Shown one piece after another: positions 19,930 to 29,732 of a stretch of 64,000 bases of DNA. Numbering within the stretch: the first letter of the stretch is position 1; each line of letters starts with the position of its first letter. The position numbers and the translations under genes are program-made. This stretch comes from an uncultured bacterium. Its GTDB lineage: Bacteria; Hydrogenedentota; Hydrogenedentia; Hydrogenedentales; Hydrogenedentaceae. Under the pieces are notes generated by a model. The model was given only the letters and a program-made list of their open reading frames with translations, did no database searches and was not told the origin of the DNA. The stretch spans positions 3,819 to 67,818 of the forward strand of contig CAKZKR010000069.1 of the NCBI GenBank assembly GCA_937124615.1, given 5' to 3'.

Positions 19930-20176
19930 ATCAAATATTTTCTGTTATTTACTTCCCCCCTTATACATTTCTACACCCATAAAATCCATCAGATGCTTAA
20001 AAAATTGAATTTGACTTTTGTTAATTCATTGCCTTATGTTATTTATATAAATACTTTTTGTTATGAAAAAAATGTAAAATCATTGGATTTAAAAATTTTA
20101 TGAAGTAAGCATTATAACGGTTACATACAATTTTTGTAAAAAATAATTATAAATCACCAAGAAAGGGGATGCGTTC

Positions 20177-21370
20177 ATGGTAGACGCCCACAAAGACTCG
20201 AAAATAAAAGTCAAGGTTACTACTTCTGCAAAATCAAACATCGATATAAAAAAAAGAGGAAGACCCAAAAAAGGGGATACATTAACAACAACAAAGAGCC
20301 ATCCCATGAAAAGGAAAAGGGGAAGACCTCCTATGGAAAAAGAACTTGGAGCCCCATCTGAAGGGAGACAGGAATTACGAGTGCGTAGTCGTGGAGAAAA
20401 GATGTTATCTCGTGAATTCTTATTTGACCTTGTAATGTTTATAAAAGAGGCTGTAGAACCAGTTGCACGCTCACTCAAAGGTAAGGATATTGTTCATGTC
20501 GCACCAACAGGGGACCCAACTTTTGCAATAGATCAGATCGCTGAAAAGGCACTACTATCATTTTTACGTGCATCGAAACAGCCCATTGCTTATTATTCAG
20601 AAGATACCGGGTATTCCACTTATGCCCGTATTCCAAAGCATCTTTTAATTGTTGACCCTATCGATGGTACGCGCTCCGCAAAAAATGGTTTTGAATGGTG
20701 TACCATTTCCGTAGCAAGTACACGAATTATTGAACGACCGACTTATAAAGACCTTGACAATGCATGCATAGCAGAAATAATGAATGACCGCATATTTTAT
20801 GCAGAAAGAGGGGAAGGGACTTCCATCATAAGTGGGGATACTAAGAAAAGGCCAAAACTTTCAAATAATACAGACATTGAAACCTTAAATTGGTCCTTGA
20901 CCATTCCGGGAAGACCTTCTTATTTGATTTTTAATGCAGCAGGAAAACTAATTGACCTTAGCAGTCTACGGGGCGGCTTCTTCACCTGTAATAGTAGTTC
21001 ATACAGTTTAACTCGATTGGTAACAGGGCAATTGGACGCCTGCGTAGATATTGCTGTTAGCTTTTACAAAGAGTTTCCAGAGGGAACGCGTGATATGTTT
21101 CAAAAGTCGGGTAAAGGGTCCATTATTGGACCGGCTCCCTATGACTTGTGTCCTGCTTTATTAATAGCCCAGGAAGCAGGATGTGTTTTTACAAATACAG
21201 ACGGAGATAATTTTGACAATGTATTACTATTAGACACACATCCTGAAAATTATCAAACACTTATAGCCGCATCCAATTCTGAGTTGCATGATTACTTATT
21301 AGAATTCTTCAACGAACGCATTCAACAAGTTATCCATGTTTTGAAGAAAAAAAAGACATCCGGCCAATAA
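20177..21370 (+). CDS. Inositol monophosphatase / FBPase-family phosphatase with an N-terminal basic extension carrying two AT-hook motifs
   Basis: IMPase signature LLIVDPIDGTRSAKNG (WD-x-DPIDGT-like). The N-terminal 75 aa is Lys/Arg-rich with KRGRPKK and KRKRGRPP. Alternative internal start at 20402 (MLSREF..., preceded by GGAGAAAAG) would remove the extension. Confidence 0.7.
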   Translation: MVDAHKDSKIKVKVTTSAKSNIDIKKRGRPKKGDTLTTTKSHPMKRKRGRPPMEKELGAPSEGRQELRVRSRGEKMLSREFLFDLVMFIKEAVEPVARSLKGKDIVHVAPTGDPTFAIDQIAEKALLSFLRASKQPIAYYSEDTGYSTYARIPKHLLIVDPIDGTRSAKNGFEWCTISVASTRIIERPTYKDLDNACIAEIMNDRIFYAERGEGTSIISGDTKKRPKLSNNTDIETLNWSLTIPGRPSYLIFNAAGKLIDLSSLRGGFFTCNSSSYSLTRLVTGQLDACVDIAVSFYKEFPEGTRDMFQKSGKGSIIGPAPYDLCPALLIAQEAGCVFTNTDGDNFDNVLLLDTHPENYQTLIAASNSELHDYLLEFFNERIQQVIHVLKKKKTSGQ

Positions 21371-21526
21371 AAAACAGTAATTGTCCCATATAAAAATCCC
21401 TTCCAAACAATATTCTATAAATGAACTATTTTTTAACCAAATTATTGGAGATAGAGCAAAAAATTTGCTATAATATTCATAATATTGGCATTTTGGGGAG
21501 CAATAAAAATATAAAGAAAGGTAATT

Positions 21527-22705
21527 ATGTTCATAGCCCAACGGTTAGAGAAAATACCACCTTATTTATTTATGACCTTACGGAATAAAATTAATGAAGC
21601 AAAAGCCCGTGGAGTAAAGGTCATCAGTCTGGCTATTGGAGACCCTGTTGACCCGACACCAAAACCTATTATTGATGAACTCTGTAAAACCGCATACGAC
21701 CCTGAAAACCATCGGTATCCAACTGATGAGGAATGGGGTATGCGTTCTTTCCGCGAGGCAATTGCAAACTGGTATCACCGCCGCTATGGGGTTACCCTGG
21801 ACCCGGGGAAAGAAATTGTGGCACTTATTGGCTCAAAAGAAGGGTGTCATCATTTTGCTCTTGCGGTAGTAAATCCCGGGGATAAAGTACTCGTAACAGA
21901 CCCCGGCTATCCCGGATATAAACCGAGCATATGGTTTGCTGGTGGAGAACCCGTCCCTGTTCCTGCAACAGCAAAGAATAATTTTCTTCCTGCATTAGAG
22001 GACATTCCTGCAGAAACTGCAAAACAAGCAAAGGCTTTTTATCTAAATTATCCGAACAATCCAACGGGCGCAGTTGCAACCAAAGAATTTTTAAATGAGT
22101 TAGTGGATTTTTGTAAATCATGGAATATTGCTATCTGTTACGACAATCCTTACAGTGAAGTCGTTTTTGAAGGAGAACGGTTAAGTTTTCTATCTGCAGA
22201 AGGAGCAAAAGACATCGGTGTTGAACTAAATTCGTTATCAAAACCGTTTAATATGACAGGCTGGCGAATCGGAATGGCATGTGGTAATGCAGAAATAGTA
22301 AAAGGGATTGCCACAGTAAAAGCAAATACCGACTCAGGAATTTTTAATGCTATTCAATATGCAGGGATTAAAGCCCTGAACGATTGTGATGAATTTACAC
22401 AAAACATGATAGAAGTTTACCGTTATCGTCGGGAAAAATTATTATCGGCCCTGCAAAAATTAAACTGGAGAATACCTGCAAGCAAAGGGACTTTTTATCT
22501 CTGGGCTCCTGTTCCAGAGGGATTTACTTCGGCCCAATTTTGTGAATATATTTTTGAAAAATGTGCCATTGTCCTTGCTCCGGGTAGCGCTTATGGGCAA
22601 TATGGAGAAGGTTATGTCCGTTTCTCGCTCACAGTAAAAGAAGAACAACTGGACGAAGCAATAGAACGAATGCTACATCATTTGAAGGATATTCCTTTTC
22701 AATAA
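21527..22705 (+). CDS. dapL: Class I/II PLP-dependent aminotransferase, LL-diaminopimelate aminotransferase (DapL)-like
   Basis: N-terminus ...EKIPPYLF...VISLAIGDPVDPTP matches the DapL-type start. PLP-lysine block SLSKPFNMTGWRIG. The family call is firm; DapL itself is a guess. Confidence 0.6.
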   Translation: MFIAQRLEKIPPYLFMTLRNKINEAKARGVKVISLAIGDPVDPTPKPIIDELCKTAYDPENHRYPTDEEWGMRSFREAIANWYHRRYGVTLDPGKEIVALIGSKEGCHHFALAVVNPGDKVLVTDPGYPGYKPSIWFAGGEPVPVPATAKNNFLPALEDIPAETAKQAKAFYLNYPNNPTGAVATKEFLNELVDFCKSWNIAICYDNPYSEVVFEGERLSFLSAEGAKDIGVELNSLSKPFNMTGWRIGMACGNAEIVKGIATVKANTDSGIFNAIQYAGIKALNDCDEFTQNMIEVYRYRREKLLSALQKLNWRIPASKGTFYLWAPVPEGFTSAQFCEYIFEKCAIVLAPGSAYGQYGEGYVRFSLTVKEEQLDEAIERMLHHLKDIPFQ

Positions 22706-22797
22706 ACAGACACTCAAAACGATATTGTCGTTTTGTTTACATATATGTATTTGAAAACAGATGGATATTTTTCATTTTTAATAAGGTAGTTTTTATT

Positions 22798-23250
22798 ATG
22801 CCTATTTTTGGAAAAGAAATTCCCGAATCCCAGATATGTATTATTCGTAAGAAAACAACAAAACATGATGTACTAGATACCCTCATCAATATGATGAAAA
22901 AAAATCCAGCCATAACAAACCATGATTTGTTCAAAAAAGCAGTTTTTGACAGGGAGGAAGTTACAAGTACCGGGATTGGCGGAGGTATTGCCATTCCTCA
23001 TGTTCGTATGGATGAAGTAAAAGAAATTACAATAGGTATTGCAATAGTGCCCGAAGGTGTCGATTTCGATTCTATCGATAACCAACCCGTACACCTTGTC
23101 GTATTGTTTGCTACTCCTAAAAACAAAGACAAAGAATACCTTCAATTAGTAGCCAAAGTTATGCAGGCTCTCCGGGATGAAAACCTTTATCAACGACTTA
23201 TAAAATGCCCATCACCTTATCATGTAGCGATTTGTTTAAATAACGATTAA
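22798..23250 (+). CDS. ptsN: PTS EIIA (fructose/nitrogen type), PtsN-like
   Basis: Phospho-histidine motif GIGGGIAIPHVR. 150 aa. Confidence 0.8.
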   Translation: MPIFGKEIPESQICIIRKKTTKHDVLDTLINMMKKNPAITNHDLFKKAVFDREEVTSTGIGGGIAIPHVRMDEVKEITIGIAIVPEGVDFDSIDNQPVHLVVLFATPKNKDKEYLQLVAKVMQALRDENLYQRLIKCPSPYHVAICLNND

Positions 23251-23263
23251 TTGCATCGTTTAT

Positions 23264-24427
23264 TTATAACATCCTGCTCATAAACTGGTTGATAACCTCT
23301 TCAACATTATCATTGTGAATGTCGTATTGTCTGATAATTTGTTGAACAACACTCCGTTTCTTAAAATCCATTCGGTCGTAAAGTTTTTCAAAAAGTCCCA
23401 TGCGTCTACCTATCTGAAAAATCAATTTTTCATCCTGAGGGAGATTTAGAAATTCATTAATAATAGTTATCATCTTTTCTTTGTCTTCTGGAAGTTGGCC
23501 TTCAAGTTCAGGGAGCAAATTGAGAATGTGGTCGCTTTTAATAATAGAAGTAATTCCATCGAGATGTTCAATAAAACATAAAAGTTCTTGAGCAATCTCT
23601 AAATCAGTACATTTTTTGAAATGACTCGATTGCCATTCCTCATAAAGTGGTGTGTTTGAAGGAATGGCTAAAGTGCGAAAGCGAATAAATGTAGGATTAA
23701 TCTGATTCAAGGCATCGGCACTTTCAATGGCATGTTCCTTCCAGAATTTTTGACCTCCTAAACCGGGCATATAATATTCAGACAACTCGATACCCGCCTC
23801 CACGACTTTTTTTCCGGCCTCTATATGCTGTTCTTTGGTTACACCTTTTTTCATAATCTTTAAAACCACATCTGAACCAGACTCCAATCCAATATGTATT
23901 CTGTTTAAGCCATGCTCCTTTAATAAAATCATCTCATCCAGAGACTTTTTATATATTGTCTGGGCCCTCGCGTAGCTTGTAATCCGCTGAACATTGGGGA
24001 AATTATGTGCTAATTTGTTCAGAACACACAACAACTTTTCGGTCGGTAAAACAAGAGAATTGGCATCTTGAAGAAATACTGAACGCATACCTGTAGAATA
24101 CCAATTAACTGCACAGATAAAGGCTTGTGGGTCTATTCCCGCATCGTTTAATACACGGTTTAATGTAATTTCATTGATAGCATATATTTCCCCACCGAAC
24201 CTTAAATTAATTAATGATATACTTTTTGCGATTTGTTCAATATCTTTCAAAACATGCTCTAATGGACGAATAGAAAAACGGCTTCCTTTGTAAACAGGAC
24301 AGAAAGAGCACCGATTCCAGGGACAATTTCTCGTTATACGGATGAGTAAACTAAAGGCCTCACTTGGAGGACGAATGGGACCCTGTTCAAAACCACTATA
24401 AGGCTCTTGTTCTTCTTCTTCACTCAT
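23264..24427 (-). CDS. Radical SAM domain protein with atypical Cx4Cx2C cluster motif
   Basis: RNCPWNRCSFCPV near the N-terminus. GGE-like and glycine-rich SAM-binding stretches follow (GLESGSD). Confidence 0.65.
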   Translation of the reverse strand: MSEEEEQEPYSGFEQGPIRPPSEAFSLLIRITRNCPWNRCSFCPVYKGSRFSIRPLEHVLKDIEQIAKSISLINLRFGGEIYAINEITLNRVLNDAGIDPQAFICAVNWYSTGMRSVFLQDANSLVLPTEKLLCVLNKLAHNFPNVQRITSYARAQTIYKKSLDEMILLKEHGLNRIHIGLESGSDVVLKIMKKGVTKEQHIEAGKKVVEAGIELSEYYMPGLGGQKFWKEHAIESADALNQINPTFIRFRTLAIPSNTPLYEEWQSSHFKKCTDLEIAQELLCFIEHLDGITSIIKSDHILNLLPELEGQLPEDKEKMITIINEFLNLPQDEKLIFQIGRRMGLFEKLYDRMDFKKRSVVQQIIRQYDIHNDNVEEVINQFMSRML

Positions 24428-24597
24428 TATAATTATCTTTCATTTATCCTTGTGTTTATTTTTTTCTGCAAAGGATTAACAAAAAATCCTATAAGTTTAT
24501 CCAAATTATAAGTTACACAATTACAATAACTTTCTATTTCTCTTTTTTGTTATAATTTTACCATTCAGTGGGGATAATCTTAAAGGAGTTCATTATT

Positions 24598-24852
24598 ATG
24601 GCAAAAATTATAGGCTATGGGAAAGAACAAGAATTACCCGACGGGGCCCCAATAATCCATGCTTGTGAACAATTAGGAGTACCTTTTGGATGTCGTGCTG
24701 GTCAGTGTGGAACATGCATCATTACTATTGAAAACGGAATGGAGAACCTGGAACCGAAAAATCATCTGGAAATGGATATGGGATTGATGGACAACCAAAG
24801 ATTAGCATGTCAGGCACGAATTCGTTCGGGAACAATACACATCAGCTGGTAA
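24598..24852 (+). CDS. Plant-type [2Fe-2S] ferredoxin
   Basis: CRAGQCGTC ... LACQARI cysteine pattern (Cx4Cx2C...C). AAAGGAG Shine-Dalgarno 8 nt before the ATG at 24598. Confidence 0.7.
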   Translation: MAKIIGYGKEQELPDGAPIIHACEQLGVPFGCRAGQCGTCIITIENGMENLEPKNHLEMDMGLMDNQRLACQARIRSGTIHISW

Positions 24853-24855
24853 TAA

Positions 24856-25365
24856 TTATCTCTCCTGTTTCATCTTTTCTGTCTTATCTGCATTTGGTAA
24901 ACGATTCCTACTATAAAAATCTATAAATAAATCAGGAAGTCTCTTAAATATTGAATGGCCATTCAAATAGTAAAAAACAACGATTGTAAGCAGAAAGAGC
25001 CAGAAAAAAACCTTCATGGATAATAATGCATAAACAACATTTTTATACTGTGGGACATTCTTGTAAAGGTCAAAATCGGGACGAAGTGGTAAAAAGGCAA
25101 TGAATGCCATCAACCCTATTTGAATGGCTTTCAACAAACTCTCCAGTATAGGTAATGGAACCTCCTTACAACGAGAATAAATAAAATACATGTAATAAGC
25201 CGTTAATAAAAACGTAATGATCCATGGGGAATTGACCAGTGCTTTCCAAACAGTAACCCCGCTTATAATGCGCAGAAAGTTAAATGTATCTTCAGGAGAC
25301 GCTCCCACTATAAAAAAAAAGAGCCATAATAATACATTTAAGAGTCGAAATATTATCTCTATCAC
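24856..25365 (-). CDS. Hypothetical 4-TM membrane protein
   Basis: Hydrophobic segments only. Divergent from the NfeD gene. Confidence 0.35.
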   Translation of the reverse strand: MIEIIFRLLNVLLWLFFFIVGASPEDTFNFLRIISGVTVWKALVNSPWIITFLLTAYYMYFIYSRCKEVPLPILESLLKAIQIGLMAFIAFLPLRPDFDLYKNVPQYKNVVYALLSMKVFFWLFLLTIVVFYYLNGHSIFKRLPDLFIDFYSRNRLPNADKTEKMKQER

Positions 25366-25466
25366 TTAAACTTTCCTTTATCTGTAAAATGAAATCTATT
25401 TTTATAGAGAAGGATTATAATATAATACTTTTTAGTTGTTGTATTATAGAATTAAAGGGAAATAAA

Positions 25467-27167
25467 ATGTCCAATCAATCAGAGAAGAATTTTATGAAAA
25501 ATGGCAAAAAAAAGATAAGCGTTTTCATTTTTATAGTCTTTTCTATTATTTTTTCGGCAATTGTATTAAATGCGATGTCTGAAAAAGAGCGATTACCCTT
25601 TGTTGTAATCTGTCCTGCAACAGGAATGGTTGACGATGGAATGAAAGTAATTATTAAGAGAGCTGTTTCTATAGCGAACCAAGGGGCAGAAGGCTTTATA
25701 TTAAAGGTCGATACACCGGGAGGATTGATAGATTCAGCAGTAGACATAACCAATATCCTGCTCGAGGTTAAATGTCCTACAGTTGCTTACATACACGGGA
25801 TGGGTGCCATATCTGCAGGGGCTTTAATCTCTTATGCCTGTAAAAATATTGTTATGGCTCCCGGGTCCAATATTGGGGCTTCCGCACCTATTATTATAGG
25901 TGAAGCACAACCCTCTGAAGAGTTTAATGAAAAGACAAAATCTTACCTCCGCTCCCGATACCGCTCGTTAGCAGAAGTAAATAGACATGACCCGATTTTA
26001 GCTGAGGCTATGGTCGACTCGAAAATTGAGGTTTGGGCTATCCGTACTCCACAAAATACATTCCAATTTTTCCGTTCTTTAGAAGAAGCCCAATCCGCCC
26101 TAAAAAAATACCAAACCAATGGGGACCCTGAAGAAAATTCTCAAACTCAAAAGACACCGACTCATAATGATATAGTCCGGTTACAAGGTCCTATTACTCT
26201 TACTTCAAATAATTTTTCTGAATTGCTGTCAAAGGATATAAATGATGCAAGAAATCCTAATGAGACCCCAGATAAGATGCAACCTTCACTGTCTTCGAAT
26301 ATTAAAAAAATTTGCAGAGAAGGGGAACTCCTCACCTTAACTTCAAAAGAGGCCTTAGAATACGGGCTGGCTCGCGCCTCTGTTACAAACATTGATGAAT
26401 TATTCAAGTATTTTAAATGGGAGAATTTTGAAAAGATTCAAATCGAACCTACATGGGGAGAACAGTTATTTAAATTTTTAGTCAATCCCATTGTAGCGGG
26501 ACTACTCCTTTTACTTGGAATTGGGGGGCTGTATATGGAGATGAAAACCCCTGGTTTCGGGCTGCCCGGGACTATCGGACTAATATGTTTAGCTTTGTTT
26601 TTCGGTGCTCATCTCGTTATCGGTCTTGCAAATTGGGCGGATCTTTTATTAATTGTGGTCGGACTTATATTATTAGGAATAGAAATCTTTCTAATACCTG
26701 GCTTCGGATTAACAGGTATTGCAGGACTAACCTGTATCATGATTGGGATTTATTTATCCCTAACCCGTGTGGTAATACCAGAGTACCCCTGGGATTTCGC
26801 TCGTCTGGATAAAGCAGGGCGAACTCTTACAATAGCCCTTTTATCATTCCTGGTATTAGCATGGCTAACATGGAAATACCTTCCTAAAACACCTTATTTC
26901 CAGAGGGTTATGTTATCGCATACTGAAAATGTGGAAACGGGATATGTTGTACAGAGTGAACATGATAAACAAAAATGGATTGGTTCCATTGGTGTGGCAG
27001 AAACAGTTTTGCGACCTGCAGGTAAAGGAAGGTTTAAAGGGAATTCCCTGGATGTTGTATCTATGGGAGATTATGTTGAGGCTGGAGCGAAGATCCGTAT
27101 TGTTGAGGTACAGGGGAATAGATATGTAGTCATACCCGAAAAAGAAAATAAGGAAGTATACTTATGA
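25467..27167 (+). CDS. Membrane-bound ClpP-class serine protease NfeD (long form: S49-like protease domain + TM + C-terminal OB-fold)
   Basis: N-terminal signal/TM. GAISAGALISYACKNIVMAPGSNIGASAPI resembles the ClpP/S49 fold. Multi-TM middle. C-terminal NfeD beta-barrel (…RFKGNSLDVVSMGDYVEAGAKIRIVEV). Start placed at the ATG after an AAAGGGA-like SD. Confidence 0.7.
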   Translation: MSNQSEKNFMKNGKKKISVFIFIVFSIIFSAIVLNAMSEKERLPFVVICPATGMVDDGMKVIIKRAVSIANQGAEGFILKVDTPGGLIDSAVDITNILLEVKCPTVAYIHGMGAISAGALISYACKNIVMAPGSNIGASAPIIIGEAQPSEEFNEKTKSYLRSRYRSLAEVNRHDPILAEAMVDSKIEVWAIRTPQNTFQFFRSLEEAQSALKKYQTNGDPEENSQTQKTPTHNDIVRLQGPITLTSNNFSELLSKDINDARNPNETPDKMQPSLSSNIKKICREGELLTLTSKEALEYGLARASVTNIDELFKYFKWENFEKIQIEPTWGEQLFKFLVNPIVAGLLLLLGIGGLYMEMKTPGFGLPGTIGLICLALFFGAHLVIGLANWADLLLIVVGLILLGIEIFLIPGFGLTGIAGLTCIMIGIYLSLTRVVIPEYPWDFARLDKAGRTLTIALLSFLVLAWLTWKYLPKTPYFQRVMLSHTENVETGYVVQSEHDKQKWIGSIGVAETVLRPAGKGRFKGNSLDVVSMGDYVEAGAKIRIVEVQGNRYVVIPEKENKEVYL

Positions 27168-27478
27168 ATGAACTAAAAATCATTGTGCAAATGCTAAAAC
27201 AACTCTTAAAAGAAATGGAAATTGTATCATCACAAGGTTCTGGATATTATACTTGTGTCCCTTTCTTAAAACGTTTTAATAAATTATTACTGGAAACACA
27301 ACGAATTTTTTCTCAATCGAACACAGTTTCTGTAATCAATACATTCGAAGCACTATCCGAAATTGACCCTAAAGACCCCAGTGAAAAAAGCAAAGTCTTA
27401 TTAAGCATACGAGTAGAAACTTCACAACTAATAACCTTACTCGAAACCGTTATTCAGCAGGAGGAGACAAAGAAATGA
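27164..27478 (+). CDS. Hypothetical small helical protein, translationally coupled between the two NfeD genes
   Basis: 4-nt overlaps (ATGA-type) at both ends. No recognisable motif. Confidence 0.4.
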   Translation: MNELKIIVQMLKQLLKEMEIVSSQGSGYYTCVPFLKRFNKLLLETQRIFSQSNTVSVINTFEALSEIDPKDPSEKSKVLLSIRVETSQLITLLETVIQQEETKK

Positions 27479-27969
27479 TATGGTGGGTTTTTTTATTATT
27501 TTTATGTGGTGTAATATTAATTTTAGCTGAATTTATTGTCCCCGGAGGAATCTGCGGTACATTTGGTTTTATTATGTTATTAGCAAGTACTGCCCTTGGA
27601 GGATATTACTATCCCGATTATTTAATACACATTATTGTTTTTGAATTTTTAGGTTTTGTAGGAGCAATTGGAGCAGGGTTTTATATGATTACAAAAACAT
27701 CTGCAGGACAAAAACTGGTTATGTCAGAAAGCCAAACTGTGGACAAAGGGTATGTGGGGATTCAATTTGACCCCTCTTTAGTAGGGAAGACAGGAAAGGT
27801 AATTTCGCCTCTAAGACCTGCTGGGATAATAGAAGTAAATGGGAAAAGAGTGGACGCTGTTTCCTCGGGTATGTTTATTGAGTTGGGTGCAACAGTTAAA
27901 ATTATAGACATACAAGGACCTCGTATTGTGGTTGAGGAATGTAAAGATATTGAATTTACAACATTATAA
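27475..27969 (+). CDS. NfeD short form (TM + OB-fold; YqfB/YuaF-like partner of flotillin)
   Basis: Two N-terminal TM helices followed by …GKVISPLRPAGIIEVNGKRVDAVSSGMFIELGATVKIIDIQG (NfeD C-terminal barrel). Confidence 0.6.
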   Translation: MIWWVFLLFLCGVILILAEFIVPGGICGTFGFIMLLASTALGGYYYPDYLIHIIVFEFLGFVGAIGAGFYMITKTSAGQKLVMSESQTVDKGYVGIQFDPSLVGKTGKVISPLRPAGIIEVNGKRVDAVSSGMFIELGATVKIIDIQGPRIVVEECKDIEFTTL

Positions 27970-28024
27970 TGTATAATAGACACAACAAATAACAAAGACA
28001 AATTTTATAGAAAAGGAGATAATT

Positions 28025-29062
28025 ATGCTGAATCCCGTAATAGTAGTGTTCTTACTGATTATCGTAGTGATCGCTCTTATTTTTGTCGCGGTAGTCGTAT
28101 CTTTCTTCCGTCTGTGGATACGTGCCGCATTATCCAAAGCCCATGTTTCCATCTGGAGTTTAATCGGTATGACCCTACGAAAGGTCAATCCCCAGGTCAT
28201 AGTGGATAGTCGTATCATGGCTGTAAAAGCCGGGTTGAATATAACTACCGATGAACTTGAAACTCACTATCTCGCCGGGGGAAATGTTCTACGTGTGGTT
28301 CAAGCACTAATCGCCGCAAACAAAGCCAATATCCCTTTAACCTTTCAGAAAGCAACCGCCATCGATCTTGCGGGACGCGATGTTTTAGAAGCGGTAAAAA
28401 CTTCTGTCCGCCCTAAAGTAATTGATTGTCCGGACCCAACTAAAGGACCTGCAACTGTTGCTGCGGTAGCCATGGATGGGATTCAATTGAAAGCCAAAGC
28501 CCGTGTAACAGTTCGCACCAATATCGAAAGGTTAGTAGGAGGTGCGTCTGAAGAAACAATTATTGCACGTGTGGGTGAAGGGATTGTAACAACAATTGGT
28601 TCTGCACCAACCCATAAAAAAGTGCTTGAAAACCCCGATTCAATATCTAAAACGGTTCTTGCTCGGGGATTGGATGCAGGAACAGCATTTGAAATTCTGT
28701 CTATTGATATTGCGGATGTAGATGTTGGCGAAAATATCGGGGCCCAACTACAAATTGCCCAGGCAGAAGCAGACAAGCAAATAGCCCAGGCAAGAGCAGA
28801 GGAACGAAGGGCAATGGCTTTAGCACGCGAGGCAGAAATGCAAGCGCTGGTAATGGAAATGCGTTCCAAAGTTGTTGAAGCAGAAGCAGAAATTCCAAAA
28901 GCCATTGCAGAAGCCTTCCGAAGTGGAAATTTAGGTATTATGGATTATTATCGAATGAAAAATATCCTTGCGGACACTGATATGAGAGATGCTATTTCAA
29001 AATTAGCCCCATCTCAATCCCCAACACAGACCAAAGGTCCAGAAAAACCAACACAGTCCTAA
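28025..29062 (+). CDS. floA: Flotillin-like protein FloA (SPFH-domain, UPF0365/YqfA family)
   Basis: Long, near-collinear similarity to Bacillus FloA: [87 protein letters not shown]. Confidence 0.9.
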   Translation: MLNPVIVVFLLIIVVIALIFVAVVVSFFRLWIRAALSKAHVSIWSLIGMTLRKVNPQVIVDSRIMAVKAGLNITTDELETHYLAGGNVLRVVQALIAANKANIPLTFQKATAIDLAGRDVLEAVKTSVRPKVIDCPDPTKGPATVAAVAMDGIQLKAKARVTVRTNIERLVGGASEETIIARVGEGIVTTIGSAPTHKKVLENPDSISKTVLARGLDAGTAFEILSIDIADVDVGENIGAQLQIAQAEADKQIAQARAEERRAMALAREAEMQALVMEMRSKVVEAEAEIPKAIAEAFRSGNLGIMDYYRMKNILADTDMRDAISKLAPSQSPTQTKGPEKPTQS

Positions 29063-29092
29063 TATCGCCAATAACAAGAAGGGAATCGGGAC

Positions 29093-29716
29093 ATGAATTT
29101 TGATGATATCCTTGGTTTATTAGTCTTCTTAGGAATAATCATTATTTCTTCTGTTTTTCGGGGAATAAAAGAAATGAAGAAAAAAGAGGAGGAAGGGCCG
29201 ACTAAATCATCTCCTCCGCCTATAGAAAAAAAATCCAAAGAATTCAAAACAAATATCCCCAAACGGAAGGTTATTATAAGAAAAGAAGTTGAACCGACAT
29301 TCCCTCCACCGCCTCCTGTTTTGACTCCCATCCCGGAAACTGTTGAAACAAAAGAAGATATTTTTGAAAAAATGGAAGAGGGAGAAGAACAGATTACTGT
29401 CAAAATGAATAAGCAAACCGTAAAAGAACCTTATCAAAAGCCGACACAAAAGGAAAAACCTTTCGTTTTCGTTGAAAATAAAGACAAAAATCTAATTGTA
29501 GCGAAATCAAAATCTCAAAAGGAGAAGGAGGGACAACCCTCTATAGCAAGAATACAAAAAGTGGCTGTCTCGGCCCCTATGGAAAGAGTATCTATTGCAA
29601 GTCCTCCTTCTTCTTCTATCTCGTTGAAGGGTAGTATAGGAAATATTCCAAAATTACAATGGGCTTTTATTATGATGGAAGTGTTAAGCCCTCCAAAGGC
29701 TCTTCGCCATGATTAG
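29093..29716 (+). CDS. Hypothetical Lys/Glu/Pro-rich membrane-anchored protein
   Basis: N-terminal TM, then low-complexity PPPP/KK-rich linker and a short C-terminal hydrophobic segment. Confidence 0.35.
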   Translation: MNFDDILGLLVFLGIIIISSVFRGIKEMKKKEEEGPTKSSPPPIEKKSKEFKTNIPKRKVIIRKEVEPTFPPPPPVLTPIPETVETKEDIFEKMEEGEEQITVKMNKQTVKEPYQKPTQKEKPFVFVENKDKNLIVAKSKSQKEKEGQPSIARIQKVAVSAPMERVSIASPPSSSISLKGSIGNIPKLQWAFIMMEVLSPPKALRHD

Positions 29717-29732
29717 GAAGTTATAACAACAA

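Noticed and set aside
20098-20478. 126-aa minus-strand ORF overlapping the AT-hook region of the phosphatase gene
   Set aside because: Antisense to a Lys/Arg-rich coding stretch. Low-complexity translation, no RBS, and it fully overlaps a gene with a strong domain signature.
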